Positions 1 through 13,525 of a stretch of 64,000 bases of DNA are shown in pieces. Both the position numbers and the translations under genes were made by a program. The notes beneath the pieces were generated by a model, which had not been told where the DNA came from, did not search any database, and saw nothing but the letters and a program-made list of their open reading frames with translations. How positions within the stretch are numbered: position 1 is the stretch's first letter; the number at the start of each line of letters is the position of its first letter. The stretch lies in NCBI GenBank assembly GCA_965153285.1, contig OZ229110.1, one strand, 5' to 3'. This stretch comes from Podarcis tiliguerta. Its lineage: Eukaryota.

Positions 1-2795
1 CCTTTTGGTACGGGTTTTGTACATGAAGTATCCTTTATTCAAGCTGCTGTCAATTTTCTTAGTTCAACAACTTGATATCATGATCCAAACCTCAAGCAAA
101 ATGACCAAATCACAGATCAATCAGTGACAAATATGATAAATAGGTGATAAAACAAAAATACAACAGTGGGCTCAAACCTGTGATATTATATTATCATACA
201 ATATGATATGAGTTGCAGCCAATAAGCCATAAAAGACCCATGTATTAATGAAAATGCAACGCATCACAAAACTAAGCCTCAACAAATTTAAACAACCAAC
301 ATGAAGCTTGTCTATAACAGAAATAATAAACAATCCATGAAAACGGTATGTGACGGAAATAATAAATAGTCCAATATAATGTAAATGAGTTCCATCTGTG
401 AATGGAATGCATCAAATAAAGCTGATGTACAAATTGCAGGCAATAGTTAATATGATGAAAACTTTGGAATATATTTTTGCTTAAGTACGTCCTCAGAATC
501 TGCTGTGATGGATGGCATCCAAGCCTGATTCTTCCCAAGATATCACTGGGCACACAGCAATTCAGTAAAACCATAAGTAACAAAAAGCAGAGAGCTACAG
601 ACAGACGGTAGACAATGTTGTAAACTTTTCCAATAGCCTTCTCAAACAACCACCAGGACTCTGACCCAAAGACAGAGGAGCCAGCCAGATCAAGAGGCCT
701 AATGGTGCAAGCCATGGAAGTGCTGGACCCCCATACACAAGGCCTGACATGAAGCCAGGGACCCCTGAACTGAGACCCCTCACACAGTACCCCTTGAGCC
801 AGATTGTCCTTGTGAGACTCCCTCCTCCCATACCAGGGGCTTCATATTCCACAGTGCCCTTTTACCACTGGAGTGCAGCAGGCAGGCAAGAAGAGAGAGG
901 AAGTTGCCAGAGCACTGTGCTCTTAAGCCAGAAAGTATACTAATATAATATAGTATAATAATACTGTCTGCTCTTGAGGAAGTGTGAAGAGCCTGGAAGA
1001 GATAATATGGCCCATGCAGAATATAAGTGAAACAGAAGCACTGCTGCCTAGTGGTCCCAGCAACCTTTCTCTGCAGGTCTTGTCCTGATGAGGCAGGTGT
1101 GAGGACTACAGGTCCCCGCCTTCCTAGTGCACACTAAGGCTGCTTCTCTGCTGGGTCTTTCCCAAGCAGTCTCAAACTGTGCCTGCACAAAACTGATTTC
1201 TGTTCAACCTGCTTAATTTCCCTGCATGCCCAAGGGGAGACCAAGGGAGAGGAGAGCTGGGTGTTGGGATGTAGCCAAGGAATTGGGGCAATTGTGAGCA
1301 TATTTACAAGCAGTTTATTCAGCATACATCAGGACAAAAGGAAAACATGTCTTCTCTCTTTCGTGTCCAAGCAAACAGCACCTAAGCAAAAGTTAGACAC
1401 AAATGGAAGTTCCCATCAAGCTGTGCTGGAGTGTAAACAGGCATGTGACACACAACAGTCATGCCAGTTCCTTAAGGTGGAACAGAATATCCTAACACTG
1501 AGTGCAGCTGGAGGGGGAGACTTTCAGGAGAGGGAGACTACCCAGCTTCATCATCCTGCTTCTCTTGTCTCCTGGCCCCACACCTCTCCAGCCCCCTCTT
1601 CTGCCTCCCCTGCATATTACCCTTCCTCCTCCCAATCTGTTCTTTCTCACTCTTGTCCCTCCGACCACTCACCGTCGTCCCACTCCATGACATAGGAATT
1701 AAAATTAAGGTATTCATTGGTATCTGGGGATTCTCAAATACAACTAAACATGAATCCACCTTTTCTGCATTGCGGGGTCTTTTTCAAAAGACTGTGAGAT
1801 GCTGAGTTAGGGGAGACTTTGTAGGACAACCTGCTCCTCATGCATCTGAATATTCAGCTTACCCACTAGGAGTTGTAATGAAAAATCTTGATGGAGGTTC
1901 TCGATGAAAAACATGGGGTCATTCCCTGCTCAGATGGATAGAGGGTAAGCAGGAAATTCTCAAGCAAACCCTTACAGAGCCATTCATCAGCTGGACACGG
2001 AATGGAACAATGCAGTAATTCCTCCCCAGCAAGCAAAGAAAGAGCCTTCAGGAATGAAAGATAAATCAGACCTCCTCCACTGGCAGGTTGTAGTGTAGTA
2101 ATTTTGCAAGGTTCCAGCAATCAGTGACCTCTAATCCGGGGTGATGTACTTGAGAAGCAGGTTTTAATAACGCATTTCCACAAAACACCATGCACTGGTG
2201 ACTCATGCAGTGCCAAAAGACAGAGAAGAATCTCTTCTTGCATAAGTGTACACTGAGCACACTGCCTGAGACTGTAAACTTGTTTTCTCTTGCAGACCAT
2301 TGGGACGCTGTTGGTTATTGGAAGAGTTTACAATGCAAACTCCAAGGCCTAATTCATATGCCATTGGGAACTCAGCCAGATGGATGTTGCCTTGGTGTTA
2401 TTGGCTGCTTGTGGCAGCTAGACCCCCCCCCCCCAAGAAAATCTGGGTGGGTGATCAAAACTATGTCCCTGCTTCATCCACCAAAGTAACCTGGTATCTG
2501 TATCAAAATAAACTAAAACAACATACACGGTGGTTTTTCTCTTCTTATTAGGTTGTTGGCTGCTAATTTTGCTTACAACAGCCCAGCAGAAAGAGACTGT
2601 ATTGTTATCCCCATATTTTAGATAAAATTCTACCCATGCTAATATATTTCACGATTTGGTTACCATCAGCCTGAGCTGCATGGAGCTGGTTAACATTAGG
2701 CTAACTGTGTAAAGGGAAGCCTTTGGGGAAGAGAAGCTCTCAGGAACAACTGTGCCACAATGGTGATAAATTGCAGCAGGCCTAAACAGAGGATT

Positions 2796-3125
2796 TCTCC
2801 ATCCCCATCGTCCAGCCAAGACACCAAACTCCTCCTCCTCCGAGGGTCTTCTGGTTCCCTCACTGCAAGAAGCAAAGTTACAGGGAACCAGGCAGAAGGC
2901 CTTCTCAGTAGTAGCGCCCTCCCTGTGGAATGCCCTCCCTTCAGATGTCAAGGAGATAGAGAATTACACAAATTTTAGAAGACATCTGAAGGCAGCCCTG
3001 TATCAGGAGGTTTTTAATGCTTGATGTTTTTATTTTGTTTTTAAATATGCTGTAAGCCACCCAGAGTGGCTGGGGAAACCCACCCAAATGGGCGGGGAAT
3101 AAATAATAAAATTATTATTATTATT
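2796..3125 (+). mobile_element. L2-type LINE 3' end fragment
   Basis: gccttctcagtagtagcgccctccctgtggaatgccctccc (AFSVVAPSLWNALP), terminal stem region and (TTA)n tail. Confidence 0.8.
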
Positions 3126-4313
3126 TCAAGATGCAGATTAACAAAAAAGAAAATTAACCAACAGGGTTCTCAGCTTTTTGCTTTCCATATGCATATAACA
3201 ACTGCATGACAGATTATTATTATTATTTTAAATCCCATGTTTCATCCTTTTCATGTTGGGGAAAGTAGCATTTGTTGAGCTGCCTATCACACAACAGTTA
3301 AAGGCACGGTGCCTCTGTTTGGAAATTTGGTGGCAGCCATGCCACAGTGGTTTAGATCCAGACTAAGTTAGTGACATTTCTGTCCCATAAAATTAGCCAA
3401 TGAGTGTGTAAAGTTCTGTTGATTTAAATGGGACTGAAGTGTGACTAATTTGATCTGAAGATTCTTGGGTGAAACAGAATGAAATGCAAAGCTTAATGCA
3501 GAAATATGAAAACACAGAGTGGAGGGGAAGCTGCCATATAAATGTACTCTTAAAGCCATGATGACTGGATCTTTTGCTTTATTATGCAATGGGGTTGGAG
3601 TTTGGGATCTGGGACTCTTGGTCCCGGACCTCAAGCAGTGAAACCCTTTTGGCCTGACGCTGGCCTAGCAGTAGCCATCAACTCTCCTACACCAGCATGG
3701 TCTAGTTCCAGGGACTACAGGGCTAAGGGGCCTCTTCAGCGATATGGGCAGGCCTGCTGCTGTTAGAGCCATTGGAGCATTGGGCCAACAAGCCCATTGG
3801 CCCAGTAATACAGGAGCAGAGAAAGGCACTGCTCCACTTCACAGGGAGACAGGATGCTGCAGCAGTTGTAGCACCTCTGTAGCCAAAGCAGCCTAAGAGG
3901 ATTGGGCTTCCCATGACAGAATGCAAAGGAATATTCTATATGTGTAATGTCATTTCTGCTATTAGTAGTATCAGTAGTCATAATACTACATACATGTACT
4001 AGATGCTGTACACCAAAGTTTCTAGACTGCATACAATAAAAGTAATTAAAGCACCCAATACAATCCAGTGAAACTAAAATAAATGCAAGAGGGCAGACTA
4101 AAGAACAAAAAATGACTAAAAACAGCAGGATCCCTTCCCAATTGTTGTGCCAATAATTGTGGAAACAGAAGAAATGGGTTGCATTAGCTTTTCATTAATT
4201 AGTTATAGAATAAATCTGGTCTTGAGGTACTCTCAGTGTCATACAGCATTGTCTTGATTTCCTCACTGTTTGTGTGTTCTTCTAGGTAACTGCCCTTACT
4301 GAGGATAGTCACC

Positions 4314-4347
4314 ATGGATAATAATGTTGCTGAGCACCAACCCAGTG
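4314..4347 (+). CDS. SYT12: Synaptotagmin-12, first coding exon (MDNNVAEHQPS-V); exon starts at 4286
   Basis: Polypyrimidine acceptor ttcttctag ends at 4285. In-frame TAA at 4287-4289, strong Kozak gtcaccATGg at 4314, donor G|gtgagt after 4347. Phase 1 joins the next exon to give Val. Resembles the mammalian N-terminus MAVDVAEYHLSV (recalled). Confidence 0.9.
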
Positions 4348-5919
4348 GTGAGTATCTTGAATGCTGAACAAACTGTGCTAGGGTTTTGTTTGGAGATGTC
4401 AGTCTTGGTAAAAGTCTCCCTGCTCAAACAATAATAATGTGATGTGCCTTCCATTTAGACATTTTCTGGACAGAACATCCGGAAAACTCTTACAGCCCCA
4501 GAGACAGGAGGGTATCCAGGCAAATACTGAGGGCTGCATCTCACATATATCATTTGATGAAGCCCTTACCCTCAATCCAGTAGCTTTCTAACATAAAAAC
4601 TTATTCTAAGGGCCAAGCTAGGTGAGATGGTGAGAGATTTATGAGAAGCTCAATACTACCAGGTGCACACAGAGTAAGTTCTCTAGTTAAGGTCTGTGGA
4701 AAGAAGGTGGTTGAGGAGAATATTTGGTGGCTTACCCCCAGTCTAATGTCCTCCAGATGTTTTGGACTACAACAGCCCCAACCAGCATAGTCAAGGATGA
4801 TGCGTGTTGTAGTTGAAATTTGGAAGGCACCAGGCTAGGGAATGTAGACGTGTTGTTGTCCAGTATTAACGTCTGACCATTGATTCATCTGTTTCCAAGC
4901 AAAGAACCATATATTGTCTCAGCTGGTTACTAGAGGTTTTTCAAATGAATTTCTCTGTTGGGAAGTAGCTAGTGAAAGTATATGGGCCTTCGGGTCTCTT
5001 GGAAGCAGTTGTGTGAATACCTGTCTTTCTAGAAACACAACAATACATGGTATGTGAAGAAGTTGTGCATTGAGTTGGTTCAAGTGTGTATCTTATTGCC
5101 ACTTCTTGTAGATCACTGCAAACTGTAGAATGTGTGTTTGCTTGAAAGCTGTTCCCATTTATCATAATCAGGTGGGAGCAATTTTCTGTGCCAGTATGAA
5201 ATTCCTAGCATGGTTGCACAGTGGGCCATCTATCTACATTGAAAAGATTATTGCAGTCCAAGTCTGGTGAGGAGACTGCTTGGATACATATAGAAACAGA
5301 ATATTTGAAAGCTAAAAGTCAAAATGTAGGGGGGAAATGTTTTCCGAAACCATGAAGAAATAAACACATTTTTATTCTCACTGTTAAGAGGAAAATAGAT
5401 CAATTTTGAAAAGCTGAAGGAAAGAAAATGCTTCTTTATAAACTAGTAATGGGTAGTATTCACAGATCAGCCATCAAAAATATTGAACAAGAACTGAATA
5501 ATGTGAAATCATTTAATGAAAGATTTTTCTTATGAACTGAAACAGAGTGATGATAAAAACAAAGTGTTGTAATTTTCCTAAATGTGGGAAGTTACTTCAA
5601 TGGCTGTAAACAAAAAACCCTGTTACGTTAAGCAATCACATATTTTCTTAGATAGTTCACTGTACAGAGAGACTATAGTTTAGATTTGAAAAGAAAGATG
5701 TGTTCCGTTGTGTCAAGCCATTGTGCAGTTTTGTGTGAAATGTTGTGTACTGTTGGTGTGGGGTTGGTGGTGGTTATGAATTAAGAACAGTTAGAACCTT
5801 AATTTGCACCTTCATCCCAGCATCACAGAAGATACCACACAGAAGGCCACTTACTTAATATTCCTCTAATGTTTCTGTAAGATTTCAATGTGCCATGATA
5901 ACTCTCTGTCTTTTTCCAG

Positions 5920-6113
5920 TCATAAGAAGTCCACCTGGATGGGAAATAGGTATCTATATTACTGGAGCACTTGTTCTGCTGGGAATAGCTGGAGTAAACC
6001 TGTGGAAGCTATGGAGGTCTGGCAGCTATCCTGCACCATCTCCATTTCCAAACTACGACTACAGATACCTAGAACAAAAATATGGGACTACATATTCTCA
6101 GATCAAGCAAAAG
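5920..6113 (+). CDS. SYT12: Synaptotagmin-12 exon encoding the transmembrane helix (VIRSPPGWEIGIYITGALVLLGIAGVNLWKLW...QIKQK)
   Basis: tttttccag acceptor, AAG|gtaaag donor, 194 nt. The motifs SPPGWE, LWKLW and PSPFPNYDYRYL are typical of SYT12. Confidence 0.97.
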
Positions 6114-6346
6114 GTAAAGGGCATTGAGAAATCCATCAGTTACCACAATCATCCATTCCCCCCTGTGCACCATCATAATAGCAGATTTGATTAAGAGCTC
6201 CCACTTGAGTTCAGAATTTTATTCAATGGTGGGACTACGAGGGCATGCGGGGAAATTAAACTCTGGGGCCTGCAGAAGGTCGATGTTTTACAGTAGTAAA
6301 TAATCTTGAGCTCTGACTAGCTTTCTGTTCTGCTTACTGTCTGTAG

Positions 6347-6736
6347 AGAGCTGCGAGCAACTTCCGAAAGGCAGGAGAAAGGACCTCTCCTGTTCGCAAG
6401 CCCAGCCTGAAAATGGATGACACCTTTGAAAACATTAATGAGTTGGGCACTTTGGAGCTGATGAACAAAGACCTTGAGTTGGCTCCCTACGGGCCACTGA
6501 AAAAGTCCATCTCCACTGATTCTCTCTGTTCCATCTCCTCAATTGGAAATAACTTTGGCCATGAGTTCACAGTGGGACAGGTGGAAGTCAATATGGAATA
6601 CAATGTGAACTCCAACACCTTGCATGTTACACTGCTACAGGGCAAAGATCTCATGGAGAAGGAAGATGTCAACTTTGAATCATGCTTTGTGCGCATCAGT
6701 TTGCTTCCGGATGAGCAAATAGTTGGCATTTCAAGG
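6347..6736 (+). CDS. SYT12: Synaptotagmin-12 exon: linker with RKPS PKA-type site and N-terminal half of C2A
   Basis: ctgtag acceptor, AGG|gtaagt donor, 390 nt, phase 0/0. Translates to RAASNFRK...RKPSLKMDDTFE...SLLPDEQIVGISR. Confidence 0.96.
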
Positions 6737-9700
6737 GTAAGTTTCTCCACCATTTTTACTTGTATACAGTAGTGCATTACATAATAGCAAATGCTCAGGA
6801 TATTTTCCACCATGTCTTCCAATCAAATGAACATGTGTTTCTTTTTGGAGTTTTTATGCTGTGTTGTTGTTAGCTTAGTTGTTCAAGTGGTGAGATCTAG
6901 GCATTTTTTTGATCTTCACTTATAGTTGATTTCAGATTCCTGAGGTCATGTTGAGTTGGTATGAAGTTTCTCAATCATGCAAAAATGTGTTGTGTGTGAT
7001 CCACATCTGCATTCTAGGAACTGTGTAATGAATTAACTGGCCATGAGCCTGCTAGTATGGCACGCTGTGAGTATCAAACCATCTTGTTCTTCCTGTACTT
7101 CAGTTCAATAGATCACATAAGTGTTGACTTCCTTAGAATAGGGGTGAAAGAATGTTTGCTGTAATTAAATGCCCATCCACACTTACTCCATCGCATTGGT
7201 TTCTCAGATACAGGTTTTTAGACAATTCTTTAAGCAGAGTAAACCAACACCTTTCCACACCATTTTATGTGGAATGTTTGGGGTTTGGAATCTAGTTAAA
7301 GTTTAAATGGCCTCTCAAGGGACTGTCCTGATTTGATTGTGCTTTTACTGGTGTAGACTGTTTGAGCTTTTTAGAATTGGATTTGCTAGAGTTATGTGTT
7401 ATCTGTCTTTAAGAGAGCTATTGTTAGAATGTATGGATTTTTTAAAAAATTGTACATTGCTTTATTTGTTCTTTAATTAGAGACGTAATGTTTTATAAAT
7501 GAAAATAAATATTTAAAGCCAATAGGATCAGCTGTTTCAGCCCTCCAGGTTTAATCTTTGGTAGAAATTACCTGACTTGAGATGAATTTAGCTGCCTTGA
7601 TGTTGCAATCTCTGATGGCCCATAGAGTCATGTGTCACACCTTTGCCTGCTTTGATGCAATGAGACAACCTGCATTTCTAGGGTCTATGATCAGCTATTG
7701 CTGAATGAAGCAGCAGCAATTTTATAATTAAACCCATGGTTTATTAAAGTATCTTGTGGATGTTCTGGTAGCTTTTGCCAAAAAGGGACACATCTTCCCT
7801 AGCTATTTATGAGTTAAGGGAAGGAAAGCAACACTGCACCGCTGAATCCTCCTTTTCAAGACTCCAGAGATTTCCCATAGTTCAAGAGGGATAATGCAAG
7901 TCCTCTTCATACAGCATCTTGCTGAATAGGAATCGGTTGTCAGGAGCAGTGTGATCACAGGGTTGCTGAACTGTGAAACTGGCAGTGACTTGAGGCCTAT
8001 TTAGTCAATGTTCCCCTCACCCATTTCCTAGGCAGAATACATCACACTGTGTAGCCACATATTTATCCACCCTGTTGCTTACAGTTACATTCAAACACTA
8101 TGTAAAAGCGGTACTTATGGTGAAGCTAAATTGTTATAACAATTTCTAGAAAGGGGCCCTCTTGAGTCTGTTTCAGCAAAAACAACTAACACACTTATTA
8201 TGACATAAGCTTTCATGGACTTGAGTCTACCTTATCATGAGAGAGATCTGGAAGAAGCAATATGCATCATGTCAATGCATTTGCTGAAGATGAACAACTG
8301 AAGCAGAAGGAAATTTATTAAGAGATGATAGATTGGAGAAAGTGTGGAGGGAATAACATGCTTAGGAGGAGGACTGATTTGTTTCTGATATTTTAGTTTT
8401 GATGCCTGCCTTGGAAATTATTGTTGTAGTTTAGTTGGTCTTATGGTTTGGGCTAGGAATGGGTGCTGAGATGTATTTTAATACTGAGTGATATTTGAAT
8501 TTGTTAGCTGCCTTGAATTTCTTTTGAAAATTAGGCAGGATTATGTTGAGCAATTAGTAAGCGGTTTTGTTTAAGGCATTAATAACATTTAAATCAATTA
8601 CTTAATTCAAGGTGCTTTCTTTTCTTGGTGATTTAAATTGTCTTTACTTAAATTACTTCACATAGCATAATGTTGAGGACTTTGAAGTCTCTTTTTTTAC
8701 AAAGATGGATGCAGCAACTCAGGATTCAGTAGCTTGCCAGCACCTGTTTTGTTTCTGTGAATTAGTCTAATCTAATTCTCAACTCTCAGATGTGAATTCC
8801 TGCCATTTGAAAACAAAGTTTTCTTAAAGCCTCCATCTCTGATGTCTTATTCATTTTACAGAATAGATTTAATTGCTTCTGTAAAAGTTAGAAAATTGAC
8901 AGATGGTATTCCAAACAACCTCCACAGAGGAAACTTTGACTGTATCGCAAGGCTTATAGCCCAAAACTGTTAATCCTTCAGGAAAGGCTCCTGTTGTGAA
9001 TAAGATTTCCAGAACAGGAAGGCAACCACATATATTGATTTTGCAGGTTCATCTAGGCTGAGGGCCTTGAAGAACTTGTACAAAAACAATCAATATAGTT
9101 GTCTTTCTTCTCTTGGGGTACAGATTCATTTAACAGACAATGTCAGTGCTTTTTCACCTTGCTCTTCGTCTACATTGCAGTCACTAGGTGACAATGTAAT
9201 GCTAGCAGCACCGCTAACTGCATTCTCTTAGGCTTGGGGTCCACCTAACCCCAAACCTGCATTTGGGAACCCACTTTTTCATTCTTTTTACCTTATGTTT
9301 GTGAGATGGTACTGCTCCTCTTGGAAGACCAATGCTTTTGCTTAAAGAAAGGCAAAGAAACTCCTAAATAGTCACCAGTAGAATTGTCACCTTCTGAACC
9401 AGCCATTTGATGATATGCCGATGCCATCATATGAGAAGATTCTTCTGTTAATTCCTGCATTTGAGGTTGCTATTAAAGAAACAAGAGGAGACCAGGCCGT
9501 CTATCCACCCAGGTAATTTGGCAACCCTACATCGACCATGTTTTCCAAACAGATGCCTCAATATAATTTCCATTCAAGGACTGATTCAATTCCACCTTCT
9601 CCACCCCCGGCAGCCTTGTTTAAGAGAATGGTTGTGGAATGTTGTGGCAGAAGTTCAGCATAATTGCTGTGGGTTGGCATCACATTCTTCTTCATGAAAA

Positions 9701-11062
9701 TCATATGGTAATTATTTTAGCTACAGGTCTGCAAATTAGTTTCCAGCAAGAGTTCCATGAGACATTAAATTGCTCCAGTGGGTAGACTGCTTACAACACA
9801 GACTTTTGCACACACAAGCAGGCAAAAAATGCTAATCTGAAGAGGCTGGGCAGTTGGAGGCCATTGGGCCAAATCGGATAGATGTGACAGAAGCATCCCA
9901 CAAGTTGCCAGCTCAGAGGTAAAAAGAGGCATGTGGAAGGGACAACATATGTGGCAAGAAGCCTAGTCAACAGGCCACTTGTGGCTTTGGCCCAACATCT
10001 CTTACTCCCTTTTCACAATGGCCTCTCTGGCAAAACGAATGACTGATCTGGGGCCTTGGTGGTTTATAGACTGCTTACGCAGCTTTTGTATGTGTGGGTT
10101 TGTAGAATTTATTTGCTAATAGTTAGGTCACCGTGGCAAATCTGGAAAACGTCCCATTTCCCTACGAACCGTTGCTTCCTCGTGGCCTTCAATATCTGTA
10201 AGCTCCATGATGTTGTAGCTCATTGAGGGAAGAAAGACTCGTATTGGTGCTGACCACAATCTGCTCTGTTCTTTTACTACTGCTTTGTCTCCCGGATGAA
10301 ATCAGCAGTTAACTTCAACTGCAAGTAGACTGGAGAATTACAGGCAGAGCAATTTGTATAAATGACATTTCTGGACAAGCTGATATAATCTTGGCAAAAG
10401 AGGAGAGCAGTTGGGAGCTTGGATGTGGAAAACATAAGGACAATTACTAGGCTTGGAAAATGTGTGTGTGATTGTTTTTAAAGGATTGTTTCCCCTGCTT
10501 CTCATCCTACCAGGGCCGCAGGAGGCCACTTGCTTCTCTCTGCAAAGCCATTTTGCAAAATCAAGGCCATGAGCCTTAATACATATTGCTATTTCTTTGG
10601 CTGTGGCAACAAACTGGTTTGCCTCTCAGTCAATGAGCAAGTGATAGAAAACAACTTTTCTAGTTGGATTAAAATGGCTATTTCCAGGCTGCAATCCTAA
10701 ATAAGTGTATTAGGAAATAACCCACACCCACCCACAGTAGCATTTACTTCCAAGTAAACATGCCTGTTGAATCATTGACTGCATTTGGCTATAACACTGA
10801 CCATTAACCACGGTATTCAAATCAGCACTCGTGGCTTGTTTCTCCCAAACATATCATAGGGTTGCCATACATCTGGAATTTCCCAGACATATATGGAATA
10901 CTGCAGCCACAAGTAGTGTCCGGGCGGAAATCAGCAAAGTGTCTGCGAAATTTGGCGCAAAACCCTTCCATATCACCATTGGGAAGCAAGCTTTGGGTTC
11001 CTTGCAATAACTTCGTCTGATACATACATACAATTCCTCCTGGGATTTGTTTATTCAGTAGT

Positions 11063-11063
<1 letters not shown>

Positions 11064-11107
<44 letters not shown>

Positions 11108-11116
11108 ATAGAGAGA
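11064..11116. repeat. Compound microsatellite (GT)n(GA)n
   Basis: Directly visible. Confidence 0.95.
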
Positions 11117-12527
11117 CAAGCTGCTCACCACCCAATTGGATTTTCCAAGAGTACAAAATATTGTCTGAAAAATACCTTGGCACTAGCTTTGGTTAAAAGA
11201 AAATCTCATCAAATAAAGACCATTCTCTCTATATTTATGCTTTAGTGATATTTATTATTTATCACCTCTTATCTATAATTCACGGACCTTATTGTCTCCT
11301 CAGTGTCCTGTGACAAGTAATAAAGACACATTAGTCCCCCCCCCTTTTAATGCTCTCCAGTATTTTAAGAAAATAAGTAACATTGGTAGATCATCTTTCA
11401 TCTAATGACTATACAAATTTGCGCAGAGATCAGTCCTTCCCCACTGTTGCTAAAAGCCACAAGAAGAGATGCTTAGTAGTGAGAGCATCACATTCTCTCC
11501 TGCATTGATTTAAGACAGCGCATGTAAAGCAGTGATGGGAAGCAGAGAACTTTTCTGCTTTGTACCTAACCCAAGGCATGCCTGACCCTTAACCTACTCA
11601 ATCATTTCCTGGCTGAGCCAAACTCTTCTGTTTTAAATCACTCTCCCACACAGTAGCTAGCAAGCATCTTTTCAGTGTCACGCTACACCTGTGTCAATCA
11701 GCGTTGCCCACATTTCATCTCTTGCATTCCTGCCAAGAGTTGGATATTTGTTCAGCATTACAAGTGCCATCAGAGTGTTTTCCATCACATACTCAAAATA
11801 TACCTGTGCAGGCATGCTGTCCAGAAGGCTACATTTGTGAAAATGAAGGTTGAGATTGCCTGGATTTTAATAAATGCACAAGCTTGCAGTGGCACAAAGG
11901 AGGCCAGTGGCTGCATGTTGCCTTTTTCTTGAATGCAGTGCAGTGCAGTGCACTCAGTTATGAAAGCCTGCACATCTTTGAGTCTCTGTCCACCTTCTTT
12001 TCCTGAGCTCTTTTACTGGTGTGTGTGGGAGAGGTACAGTCAGAAAGTTGAAAATATGAGGAAGATAATGGCGGAAGGTGTTTGGGCAACCTGGTGGGAG
12101 GAAGCCCTTGCAATGCCTCTTCCTTCTCGTAGTGGGTAGTGCTTTGTAGACATTTTGCTAGGTTTTCTTCAGCTACTTCCCCATGACTTGTTTGCACTTC
12201 TTCATCTGCGTTCTGCAGGTGTAATGAAAACCTGCTATACTACTTTTAAAATCATTTCCCATGAGCAAAACACACCCAGTCCCTTACATACTTTTTCTTC
12301 ATCTGAGCTACCTTTTGAGACATTTTATCTACCCCATACCATTCCCACTAAATCTCTCCAGTTTGTTAGCAATCTTCTTTAATGTTGACACCTTGAAGTG
12401 AATGCAGTATTCTAGATGAAGTCTCAGAATGGTGGAGCAGAATAGCTCCTTTCAAATTTGGGATCTTATGCTTATGTTGAAACCGAAACTTCTAATGGTC
12501 ATGGTTCCTTATGAGCAGTTTGCCTTC

Positions 12528-12712
12528 AGGAAGCTCCCTCGTGCAGAGTCAGACCAATTCACCCATCTGCCTCAGTATTGTCTGCATTGACTGGCAGCAG
12601 CTCTCCATGCTTTCAGCCACAAGTCTCTTCCAGCCCTACCTAGAGATGTCAGGAATTGACCCTGGGATCTTCATGCAAGGCAGATGCTCTGCCAGTGAGC
12701 TACAGCCCTCCC
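12528..12712 (-). mobile_element. Old tRNA-derived SINE; related copies at about 16640-16819 (+), 41395-41602 (-), 60135-60300 (-)
   Basis: Minus strand gggctgtagctcactggcagagcatctgccttgcatgaagatcccagggtcaattcctg (A and B boxes) with a shared tail ...ggtctgactc..aggcagcttcct. Confidence 0.72.
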
Positions 12713-12803
12713 CTCTCTGTTCCTCCAACACTTTGCTTAACCTCGTCATATCTTTAATCAGTTAATCTCCAAGTTGTACTTTTTAATGGCAGAAGGTTTG
12801 GTT

Positions 12804-12943
12804 CAGGGATGGGAAACATGTGGTCCCTCAGACGTTGCTGGGCTATAGCTCCAGTCATCCATGAACATTGGCCATACTGACTGGGACTGATGGGATTTGG
12901 AGTCCCTACAACATCTTTGGTGTCCACAGGTTCCCTATCCCTA
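12804..12943. mobile_element. Palindromic ~140-bp hAT-like MITE; related decayed copies near 4735-4845, 16945-17030, 24721-24860, 40290-40365, 41285-41370, 58904-59006
   Basis: CAGGGATGGGAAAC...GTTCCCTATCCCTA ends with long inverted arms. The motif ctccagatgtt..ggactacaactccc recurs across copies. Confidence 0.8.
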
Positions 12944-13166
12944 GTTTAGCATGTTGTTTTTCATAACTAGGCTTCAGCTGAACCACTTCCATCAATGAGC
13001 TCTCAGGTAACAGAGCACACAGGGCCTAATGGGAGCTTCACCCTCAAAGTGCAAGGTTGGCACACTGGCTTCTTTCATTGTGTCAATATGCAACAAACGA
13101 CAGATCACAATAAGGTTTGAAGAGCATACTATAGACATGAATAATGACGTTATACTTGCCTTTCGT

Positions 13167-13525
13167 GGGACGCGGGTGGCGCTGTGGGTAAAAGCTTCAG
13201 CGCCTAGGGCTTGCTGGTCGAAAGGTCGGCGGTTCGAATCCCCGCGGCGGGGTGCGCTCCCGTTGCTTGGTCCCAGCGCCTGCCAACCTAGCAGTTCAAA
13301 AGCACCCCCGGGGGCAAGTAGATAAATAGGGACCGCTTACTAGCGGGAAGGTAAACGGCGTTCCGTGTGCGGCTCTGGCTCGCCAGAGCAGCGATGTCAC
13401 GCTGGCCACGTGACCCAGAAGTGTCTCCGGACAGCGCTGGCCCCCGGCCTCTTGAGTGAGATGGGCGCACAACCCTAGAGTCTGTCAAGACTGGCCCGTA
13501 CGGGCAGGGGTACCTTTACCTTTTT
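13167..13525 (+). mobile_element. Full-length Sauria SINE (Squam1), young copy
   Basis: GGGACGCGGGTGGCGCTGTGG head, B box GGTTCGAATCC, CpG-rich body, ACCTTT-repeat tail. 12-bp TSD tacttgcctttc at 13153-13164 and 13526-13537. Confidence 0.93.

Noticed and set aside
272-715. 147-aa minus-strand ORF or possible L1 remnant
   Set aside because: No recognisable protein motif in either reading, so too weak to call.
6341-6350. Tandem acceptors tagagag at the SYT12 linker exon
   Set aside because: The extra AGs are offset by 2 and 4 nt, so they would frameshift; this is not an in-frame NAGNAG.
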